From Octopus vulgaris (lineage: Eukaryota), in assembly GCA_951406725.2 (NCBI GenBank), contig OX597817.1:137268001-137332000 (forward strand): a DNA stretch of 64,000 bases. Reading direction: 5' to 3'. Shown here one piece after another: positions 53,294 through 64,000 of this stretch. The notes below the pieces were generated by a model, which worked only from the letters and a program-made list of their open reading frames with translations, searched no databases and was not told the DNA's origin. The position numbers were made by a program, and so were the translations under genes. The stretch's first letter is position 1. Each line of letters opens with the position of its first letter.

Positions 53294-54556
53294 CTATCCT
53301 ATTTCCACCATCATTTTTATAATATTTAGATTTCCAATTATATAAAACTAGTATAAAAGCTGATCACACGATATTTAACAACTTTCGAATAAACTGAGAA
53401 AATGTAAAATCTTCATTCCTTTTGTTTACCGAATTAATTTAAACTTACAAAAAGTATTTACGGTTCTTCTCGCAATAATAGAGTGAAATATTTCAGGAGC
53501 AGATTTGTTAAATCTCATTTCTCCTTAATTCATGATATAACATGGAATTTTCACTTTGAAATATCTTGAGATGTTTTAAGCTAAAATTCATCATAAGCTA
53601 ATCAATCGTTCTGTTTAAATACGCCTATTTACAGATAGACATGTTATTGCTGTAGGATCTGAGGTGATGGTCATGGCTAATTGTCTTCTAAGAAATAATT
53701 TTTGAAATGTAAGAATTTTTCTGCAGTCATAAATTTATTTAATGTTATATCAAATCTTTTGTAATTCTGCTAGTGTTAAGTGTAACATTTTATCTTATGT
53801 AACACTTTTCTATCACCAATGCTATTTACATTTTATTCAATTATTGTGTGTATTGTAACTACCAAACGTTACAAAGAATCTTTACGGAAGAAGGTTCATC
53901 AATTTGTGACAAGAATTCCATCCTCCCTATTCCGAATCCGTACCAAAGGCATTTCCCACTCTGACTAAAGAAACGTGCCAACAACAGAGATTAAGTGTTG
54001 CCATTAGTAATGTTTTTGAAAACAATCAAGAGATCATATAATGATATTGCCATCCAAAGACAAATAGTCAAAGAGTTGAAGATTTTTGATATTACAGATC
54101 AGTAAATTCATTAACTTTTAAAAATGATCAGTTGTCCATGATACTTCTTCTCCAAATTCTGTCGAAGTAGAGACAACGTCTTCTGAGACCGGGCTCTTTG
54201 TTAGAAAGTAGTCATCAAATACGAGTGGCAACACCATCAACATATGTGTGCGTGTGTATTGTAACTGTGTACCATGTTCTCCATTTTTTGTCTTTGTTGC
54301 CGTACACATTCGCTAGCTTTCTTACAACAGAGTCTAATGCTCTTAGCTTAGACTTTTTGGGGGGCAACCAGATCCAACGAAACAGTTAGGACTTCTGGTA
54401 ATTTGACTGAGGAAAGAAAGCCACGAATGACCCGTCTTTTTTCCCCCTGTCCTTCTAATTGTTGTTCCTCCTGTCCGCCTTTGTATCATCTATCTGTTCG
54501 ATTGTTTTATTGTCCTCTATTACATTTTTGTTTCATATATATATATATATATATAT

Positions 54557-54593
<37 letters not shown>

Positions 54594-54738
54594 TTTTAAG
54601 CCGTAGTGCATTAATACCTGGACATCCTTGTTACTTATTTACTTTTTATTCATCTAACTTCGAGCTGCGTGGACTATACCGAACTAGCTTGGTGCCTGTA
54701 TTTAAGTACTTAATTCAATGTTAATTATTATATGTATA

Positions 54739-54789
<51 letters not shown>

Positions 54790-55475
54790 ATGTTTGTATA
54801 TATATATATATGATTTTTAGTATAATACTACCGATTTGATTGAAATATGTTGTAGTATTCATGAAGCATTTCTTTTTGGGTTTTAGGCATAGGTATTGTA
54901 ACGAGAATCAAAGCAATGGCATATTTATTCTGGAAGATTCGAACATGAATAACCTAATCACAGTGGTATTTCGCCTTCGGAGAACACTTACCCGCTTTAT
55001 ACGATGTGTGTTCAAAATGCACGCAAATCATTGACTTAAGGCGACTTTGAAACATAGCGGTGTTTATAAATTGTTCCGTGTGTCAGAATAAATGTTTATA
55101 TTGACGATTTCTGCTTGTTTCCAGTGTCAAAATATCTACACCTTAGATAAGAATATTAAAAATAAAAATTAAAACTTAGGAAGTACCCCTAGGAAATTCT
55201 CAGAATCACGGATTTTTGTTTTATACCTTGGATTTCTTGGGAATGATGAGGTGTAAGGAAATTGAAAAGTTCTAATTATAACATTGTTCCTTTTTTCGAA
55301 GTTAATTAATTATTTTTATTTTCTGTAACTGACTCTCTTACCAATGATATCTGTTGACAATGCCATATATTCATATTTCCTAAGATTCTTCTCTATTGTC
55401 AAAGCTATTTTATGTTTCACTTTCTGTGTCATTGCTGTGTTGCTAGTGTGACATGTTTACCTTTTGTAACGCTGC

Positions 55476-55760
55476 CCTTGAAGAATTTGAGTTGAATGAA
55501 TCAACTCCCAGAACTTATATTTTCTAAGCCTGGTACGTAACCTATCGGTCTCTTTTTGCCGAAACGTTAAGTTACGGGGACAGAAATGCACCAACATCGG
55601 TTGTCAAGCGATGTTGGTGGTCGTGGGGAACGAACACAAATGTTGTCCTCTTTAATAAATATATATCTGTTATATTGGAAATCTACAATGGTTCTATAAC
55701 TCCCGTCTCGGCTAAGAGCTTGGAACCCTGGTAATCCATTACAGCACTTTTCCACCGTAC
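55476..55760 (-). repeat. 285-bp inverted duplication, arm 2
   Basis: Reverse complement of 52256-52540; the ORF track gives near-identical peptides for both. Confidence 0.9.
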
Positions 55761-57174
55761 TTAGGATGTAAGATGTAGTTTAGGAAGGAAAAGTTGATAA
55801 AATTGCTTTGCGCAGAGTCTTATGTTGAGATGCAGCCACACAACAATCGAAAATATACTGATGGTCGAAATACTTGATAATCGCTTCCTGTAGTCCACAT
55901 ATATTCCAACTAATAACTTTTCTTATTTCCCACAAGGGGCTAAACATAGAGGGGACAAACAAGGACATACAAAGGGATTAAGTCGATTACATCGACCCCC
56001 AGTGCGTAACTGGTACTTAATTCAGCGACTCCGAAAAGATGAAAGGCAAAGTCGACCTCGGCGGAATTTGAACTGAGAACGTAAAGACTGACGAAATACA
56101 TCTAAGCATTGCGCCCGGCGTGCTAACGTTTCTGCCAGCTCGCCACATACGCAAACACATATTTGCAGGCATGTATGTGCACACCTCCACCCATCCACAC
56201 ACACACGCACGCAAGCACGCACGCGCACGTCCACATACAATGAGCCTGACACCTTGTGATTTCAAATAAAGATTTGTCCAACATAAAAACTCTTTCAGAT
56301 ACCGACATTTAGAAAGCTTCCTCTCCTTGTCTCCCTATATCTGAAAAGTCCGAGCGCCAAGAAATAACGCCTCTAACATCAAAGCCCTTCTTTAATCACA
56401 GCGAGCTTGAAATTGCGACTCTACCTTTGTGAGATCCTGCATTTACTGCATTATCTGGGCATTTATTGCATTAGCTGTAGTAATCTGTGGTCTATTGCTA
56501 AAATAGTTGAATGCTCTATCTTGCAGAAAGTTTTATTGAGTAATCTCCCTTTGATAAGTTTCTCGAAACATCTACATCATGAGAAGTAATTCTTAATTAT
56601 TCAAGAAGCTTTTCTCTTGGAAATTTCTAGAATGTCTAGTATTCCATTAATAAAAACAGCTTGCTTGCCCTGTTCTTTGCTTCTTAGTTGACTAGACTGA
56701 ACCATTCACGTCATTGCTATGCCTGTCTATTTCTCTATGCCACATGACTGAAAACCACCACTTAGCTGTTATTGCTACATTTCTGAACTTCCTTACATAG
56801 CTTACTTCATTCAACTAAATACAATTTGATTATATTTCATCAACAACCAATGAATAAAATATATATATATATATATAAAAACAGCTTCTCAAATAACCTT
56901 TGCATTTGATTTTTTAATGTCTTTACCCCCATACTTTCGTGAGTTGAATTGAGCAAACACTATATGAGAGAGATTTTCTTTAAGTATTAGAAATAGTTTT
57001 AAAAAAGTTTTTTTAGCTACTATTTCTAATGAGTTCAGTATGTGGCAAAGTAATTTATTTTACTAAGCCCTTTTATATAATGTAATAATTTGAATTCGCC
57101 TTAAATGGTCCCTTTACATACTGAATACTTGGTGAAATTGATTAATAATTAATTAATTTTACCCTCAATTGTTG

Positions 57175-57235
<61 letters not shown>

Positions 57236-57236
<1 letters not shown>

Positions 57237-57270
57237 TAGCAGAGATACCCGGCGTTGCCCGTGTCACATG
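57236..57270 (-). mobile_element. Helitron 3' terminus
   Basis: Minus strand cgggcaacgccggg hairpin then CTAG-T. Confidence 0.6.
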
Positions 57271-58271
57271 CAATTGAAGAATTAGACTTTTCTCTTATAT
57301 TTTCTCTAATGAACTGGAATATCTATGTTTCGAATTTCATCAAAATTGCAGATGAGGGTTATTTCCCTCTTTACACACCCAAACAAAATTGTAATCGTGC
57401 CACATATATCCCATACTATTGATTTTTATGCGCATATTCCAAAATTCCAGTTTTATTAAATCTGTTAATAGAAACAACCTTTGACCCCCCCCTTTTTTTT
57501 TCACCTTCTCATTTCCTCTTTATATAGCAATTAACAACAGTAGGTGGTCAAATTCAACATTCCTTCTTTAGCTCTGTGGTTCTTGCAGATTTCTATAGCA
57601 GTCTGTTTGTCTCCACTATAAGACTGTCGCTACGCTTCAGTGACCCTCCTACAACTTCCTTGGATTCTAACATAGCAGTTTTCAGAAATTTCGCACAAAT
57701 GTATCCAAAATATCTTCACACAGCTTGAATCACACTTTACTATGAACTATATATGGACAAACACATATTCTGTGAGTACGATACCTCTCATCAGACCTCC
57801 AGGAATCAAACTTTCTTCATTATGGATAAACTCACACCCTCACTTTCATCTTCACTTTCTGGAAAACTAAGAGGTTTTGAAAAAAATTTTTAAAAACCTG
57901 ATATATGACTGTGTAATACTAATAGAACTTTTAGAAACCAAGTTGTTACCTAAATCTCATTTTTATAGAACTTTCCATGATGTTTCACGAGTGTAACATC
58001 ACCCCCGTTGATGTTTGGGAATCTCAGATGCTTTTTCGGCTGATGAGTACGAGTCACCTATATTTACTGCAATTTTTGTAGCCTTATTAAAGATGTTTTC
58101 GTACGAAACAATTGTACCGTAATATTGATCCATTCTTGTTGCTTTTTTCCTATTTATAATCACCCCACTTTGTCGTATGGTTAACACCATATAGATTTCT
58201 GGTGCATCCAAGTTAAGTACCATATACATGTGAATTCAACAGAACTCACTTGAATCTTAATTGCTTGTACC

Positions 58272-58334
<63 letters not shown>

Positions 58335-58588
58335 TTACGAAAAAAACAAAAGACGAAGACAGGTGGTGTAGACGAGAAACAGATGTATTAGTATAGCGCA
58401 CAGGAATAGAAAAAGTCTTTTACGCTTCGAGCCTACGCTCTACTACAGAAAGCGACACAGAAAAAAGGAGAGAAAGAAATGTGTGTCGTGGCTAACGATC
58501 TACGATGGTGAATATATACATACACACAGACACACACACACACACACACACACAGAGATATAAATATATATAGATATATATATATATA

Positions 58589-58975
58589 CTAGCAGTATCA
58601 CCCGGTGTTGCTTGGATTTGTTTCGCCCCTTTAGAATTGGAATTTTTGAAAAGTAAACTTTTGCATTATGCAACTTGTTATTCTCTTCAAGTGAACATTT
58701 TCCAGTTGAAATACACCGAAAAATGGTGACACAGCAGTCAAAAATCGTAAAAAATAAGGATTTTCATAGAAAAAAAGCACCTTCTTGATGAAAATAATTT
58801 TTGGTGTTAACATGGTCTGATTTGAATTGTATCTCCTACAGAATGAATAGCAAGCCTTCTTCTATCATACTCTCAATTTTGGTCAATTTGCGCTGCAGGG
58901 TCTCGAAGGAGATAGTGTTAGTTGAAGGCTACCAAACCTGCCACAGACAGACAACTTCAGCTTTATATATATAGA
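58589..58975 (-). mobile_element. Non-autonomous Helitron
   Basis: Minus strand starts A|TC-TATATATA and ends with a hairpin plus CTAG|T. Confidence 0.7.
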
Positions 58976-59651
58976 TTTGCTACACACTACTTTCTATCCT
59001 TAATAATGAAACTTGGTAGATCCAAAAGTTAAACACACAAACACAGATACACACACAGACACACAAGTTGAGTTTTATATATATAGATTTCTCAGCGGGG
59101 ATTTCAGGGGAGAGTTTCAGGGAGTCGCTGGCGATGTATCATGATGATCAAAAATCCGGCCTGCTAAAATTTGGTTAAAGTGATTCAAACTGCAGACTCA
59201 ACGCAAGATGGTCACATTTAATTCAAAGCGTTAAAAATGCTACGAAAACAACTGGTATGTGTTCACAAAGTCCAAACGATTAATACGAAAAAACCCTCCA
59301 GGCTACATCCAAAAAATTCATTTCTTTGCCGAATTTCTACAATGCTTACGGCGATTCGTTTTTATATCTTGATTTTTTATTTTTCATGCAATTTACGCAT
59401 GCTTGCACGCGTGGTGAACACAGTTCACGTCACACAGGTGACTGAGTAAAGTTCACTATTCAATGCATGGGATAAGGCTTAAACAAACACATTATCGATT
59501 TTTGCACTTGCGAGATGAATTTCGGAACAGAAATAGCGCAGTTCAATTTTCATTCGCCTAAACTTTAAGTGACCCATTTTTTGTGGTTCTACGATTTGTT
59601 GGCTAGGAGGAGATGTGCCGGGAAGTTAAACACACAGACACACAAATTGAG

Positions 59652-59689
<38 letters not shown>

Positions 59690-59713
59690 TAGAGACAAAA
59701 TATTAAATTAGAG

Positions 59714-60140
59714 ACCACTATTATGCAAATCAAACAAAGAAAGACTTAAGCCAATACATAAAATAATTTATATAAATTAAAATGTAACAATTATAAATAA
59801 CCACTACGATCGTTTCGTGTCAGCACATCTTTGAGACATTCTTCAGGTGGTTTCAAAACCTTCTTGGCGAGTTTTAAACTATGAACCAAGAAGGTTTTGA
59901 AACCACCTGAAGAATGTCTCAAAGATGTGCTGACACGAAACGATCGTAGTGGTTATTTATAATTGTTACATTTTAATTTATATAAATTATTTTATGTATT
60001 GGCTTAAGTCTTTCTTTGTTTGATTTGCATAATAGTGGTTTTGTCTCTAATTTAATATAATATAATATTTTACTATAAAATTGGATTCAATCCTAAATCT
60101 GATTTTTCCCTGTAAATTTGGATTTATTCCCTAATATTTA
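59714..60140 (+). mobile_element. Fold-back HHR element: 154-bp arms, 18-nt loop, TA-family tail
   Basis: 59714-59867 is the reverse complement of 59886-60039, with no mismatch seen. Confidence 0.85.
59901..59954 (+). ncRNA. Type I hammerhead ribozyme (mirror copy at 59799-59852, minus strand)
   Basis: aaccac CUGAAGA a tgtc-tcaaagatgtgct-gaca c GAAAC GAUC GUA gtggtt; palindrome ACGATCGT. Confidence 0.8.
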
Positions 60141-60162
60141 TTATTATCATTATATATATATA

Positions 60163-60662
60163 CTAGCAGTATCGCCCGGCGTTGCTCGGGTTTGTAAGGG
60201 AAATAACTATATAAGCATTTTTAGAGAGTTACTTCCCTTATAGATGCCAATTCGGCTTTCCTAGTCATTTCTGTTTTGGTGTCTTCAAGCCATGAAGTCG
60301 TTGTTCTAAAAGAACGCTGGTCTCCTTGACAACGCTTTACGACGTTGATTTCCTTACACTCCCTTCCCCACAGCTTCACGAGGGAGGGAAGAAGGGGGAG
60401 AAGCAAACGCAGGTGCAGGTGTTTGAGCGTGGACGCCAACTCCGCCGCCATCGACACACGAAAAATTATGCATTAAAATGGAATAAAAAATGATGTTAAA
60501 TTATTTTTAAAATCGTAGACTCATCGTAGACGCGCGCTAATAGCCAGATGGGCTCGATATTAATCACGACTATAAGATACCCGAATTTGGTTAAACTGCA
60601 CCACAAAATGTGGGAGTAGTTAGGAATCTAAATCGTAGGAGACAGACACTCACACAACTACA

Positions 60663-60675
<13 letters not shown>
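60163..60675 (-). mobile_element. Non-autonomous Helitron
   Basis: Minus strand 3' end cccgagcaacgccggg..CTAG-T; 5' end merges into (TA)n. Confidence 0.65.
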
Positions 60676-60711
<36 letters not shown>

Positions 60712-62222
60712 GTATGTGTGTGTGCGTACGCGCACGCTTGCCTGTGTCTGTGTGGGTGGGTGGGTTGGTGGGTGTCGGTGGGTGTGCATATATATATATA
60801 TATGTATTTATATAGGTATGCATTATGTATATAAACAGTATTTTGCACCAGTGGTGATGAGTATTATATTTTGTGGTTTCAGCATGTTTAAAAATGCGAT
60901 AATGAAGGACAATTTGCAATACAAATCTTTTATCATAGTTTTAATGTTCTTTTCTACTTTAGGCACAAGGCCCGAGATTTTTGGTGAGGGGACCAGTCGA
61001 TTAGATCGACCCCAGTACGCAACTGATACTTAATTTATCGACTCCGAAAGGATGGAAGGCAAAGTCGACCTCGGCAGAATTTGAACTCAGAACGTAGCGG
61101 CAGGCGAAATACGACTAAGCATTTCGCCCGGTGTGCTAACGGTTCTGCCTTAGGTTTAACGTTATCCCTTCAATAACGACTGAGTAAAAAACAAACAAAA
61201 AAAGATAATAAAAAGAAATAACAACAAACCCTGAAATGAATCTTTCCACATTGATATTTGAGATGCATTTATTTAAGTTTTAGTTAATTGTAACATTTAA
61301 AACAAATGAAGAGCAGAAACGAATTTCTATTAAAACTGAGACAAAAAAAAAAAAAAAAAACCAGAAGTAAAATGATTGGTCATCTGTCTGATTAAAAACA
61401 GAAGCTATAACATCACAGAAAAATAAGGCAAACAGACAAATTATAACCAAATACGTCACAATAACCTACAATTTCACAAAACATAGTCACCGTCTACAGC
61501 TTTAGATATGAAAATAGATAAGATTGTTGTTGTTGTTGTTGTTTTTGTTGCAGTTTATATTGTTGTTGCTGTATTGTTACTATGTCAGATTATAACTTTG
61601 CCATTCTGTATTTATAGCTGTTATTTTTGAATCATTGCTAGTATCATTATGATTATTGCTTTTGTTATTATAAAATTATTATTTCGACTATTATTATTAT
61701 CATTATTCTTTATATTTTTATTGTTGTTTTTTTCTTGTTACTGTTATTATAGTCATTATTATTACTGTTATTATCATTATCATTATTATTTTTATATGTG
61801 TGAATGTGTTTGTGATTTACGTGAATGTATATCTTAGAATAAAATTATATTCGTGCACCATTCTTCTATTTGTCTAAGTGGATTATTGTTCCGTATGTTT
61901 ATATCTAGGAATGTGTATATGTATATATAAATATATATTTTTGTACGTATATATGCATATACATATAAATATCTATGCTTATATATTTGTATCAACACAC
62001 ATATGTGTGTGTACCTGCATGTACATATGAGTGCAAAAATTCGTTCTTAAAAAATAATTAAAAATCATAAAAATAATTAAAATGTACACAATTTTCAATA
62101 AAGAGATACGCTGTGACTATATACATAGAGATCTAGGTACCAAACTAATAGATATATATATATAGTGGATACGCACATATATACGTACATACATGTATAA
62201 ACATACATACACATACACACAG

Positions 62223-62284
<62 letters not shown>

Positions 62285-62329
62285 GTATTATGTATGTATG
62301 TGTATATGTATGTATGTATTATGCATATA

Positions 62330-62365
<36 letters not shown>

Positions 62366-62695
62366 GACGTAGATGTATATATGTATGTACGTATGCATGC
62401 ATGCATGTACGCAAGTATGTCATGAATATGTGCGCACGCACGCGTGTACGTATGTACATAGTTTAAAGAAAAAATATTGCTCTTTGTAAATAACTACATG
62501 GAAATATGCTTTGTTTTTAAATATTTCTTGTTCTGCGGGTACAAAAGACTACGATCATATTTTCGCTACTTTGAGTTCAACCACTGCGGATACGTACACA
62601 CCACACATCATACATACATGTCTATCTACCTACGTACATACATATATACATACAAACATATATGTGTATATATGTATATAGATATATTGTGTATG

Positions 62696-62752
<57 letters not shown>

Positions 62753-62948
62753 GTATATATAATTCTTCATGTGTATATTATATACATATGTGTGTGTGTG
62801 TACATGTATGTATATACATATACATATGTGTGTATGTTTGTGTATGTGTGTGTGCATGTTTTTGAGTGTGTGTGTATCTGGGAATATATGTGTATATGTA
62901 TGTATGTAGGTATGTATGTAGGTATGTCTGTATATGCATATACATATG

Positions 62949-62982
<34 letters not shown>

Positions 62983-64000
62983 TGTATGTATCTAAATAAC
63001 TGATCTAAAATATATTCAATTAAGTAGAAATTTAAGTTGGTGAAAATACCCTTAACCATCATATAAAAGTAGACCATCTTTTTTTTCTTTTCTTTTTCTC
63101 TTTTTTTTTATAGCACAAATGAGAGACAAGTTTGGCACCGAATAAAATTTAAAATAATGCAAATACACAAAAAAAAAAAAAGAAAAAGAAAAAATACGTA
63201 AAGCACTTCAATTTCATTGAAGCTCAAACTGTTGGATAAGAGAAAATAATAATAATAATAATTATAATTATAATAATAATAGTAATAATAATGATATATA
63301 AACAGTGACAAAATTATAGCAATAAAAATTTTATAAAGTCCTCTTCGATGAAAAATATGATTAATTACGTAACTTGGAATCTTTGGCATTTTATATTTCC
63401 AAGAAAATGTTTTTTTGCTTATGTCATTGTCAGAGGAATTTATAATTTTAAAAATAATTAAGCTTTAATCCTTAAAGACAACAAGAAACATTTTTAGTAA
63501 AACTGAATAATACTCATTAATATTACTACTACTATTACTACTACTGTTATTTTACTACTTTCACTAATGTTACTGGTACGGTTACTATGACAACAGACAA
63601 CATAGATATCTAATCTGAAAAATATATAAATAAATATAATTACTAATAGCAACAACAGAAGTTGCTGGGAGTCTGATCAACTTTAATGTTTAAAGTTAGC
63701 ACATCGCTTTTATAAAACTTTCTGTATCGCATAGAATTTCCTCCTACAGAATTTAACAGGGTTTATAAACAGGGTAAGTATCTTCAGAAAACTCGATTCT
63801 GTGTGCAAAGGAAGAGAAGTGTGCCGGTGAATCGCGGAAAGCTACGTTTAGTACAATCATTGTGGTTAACACCTATTTAAGGTGATGGAGGGAACGTCGT
63901 ATGTTCATTTCTAATTCCTTCTTCTTCTACTTTTACTTCGGAGTATATTTCTTTACCAACCCAATTAAGAACATAGCAAAGGTGAGTGCAGCGAGATCCT

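Noticed and set aside
54370-54420. Permuted hammerhead (GAAAC..CTGAGGA)
   Set aside because: No convincing stems I and II
54991-55054. Minus-strand exon MFQSRLKSMICVHFEHTSYKA with gtaagt donor
   Set aside because: No supporting partner exon found; its phase does not join the SANT-like exon directly

Overview
Eukaryotic, very AT-rich and microsatellite-dense genomic DNA. The SINE, Dong/R4 and Penelope content looks like an octopus/coleoid cephalopod genome (inference). Most ORFs in the track are microsatellite or transposon artefacts. Host genes are sparse: the 3' end of a + strand gene (exons 91-156 and 6641-6925), a minus-strand terminal exon with a frameshifted Myb/SANT-like motif (10049-10412), and a multi-exon + strand gene of unknown function (exons at about 20879, 33476, 50646 and 52624/53207). 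The rest is transposon-derived: a CR1-group LINE, R4/Dong-like RLE LINEs stacked in (AAT)n, a Penelope-like element (PLE) with GIY-YIG, a Tc1/mariner relic, Helitrons, tRNA-derived and Nin-type SINEs, and a SINE-derived minisatellite. The most notable signal is a set of small fold-back elements inserted in microsatellites. They carry minimal type I hammerhead ribozymes (HHRs) with family-specific palindromic stem III. One of them joins a tRNA-like Pol III head to an HHR tail and an inverted copy of that tail, which makes it a candidate PLE-mobilised SINE/retrozyme. A 5'-clipped tRNA-Lys(UUU)-like sequence with a canonical 37/38 intron is also present. All calls were made by eye; no searches were run.
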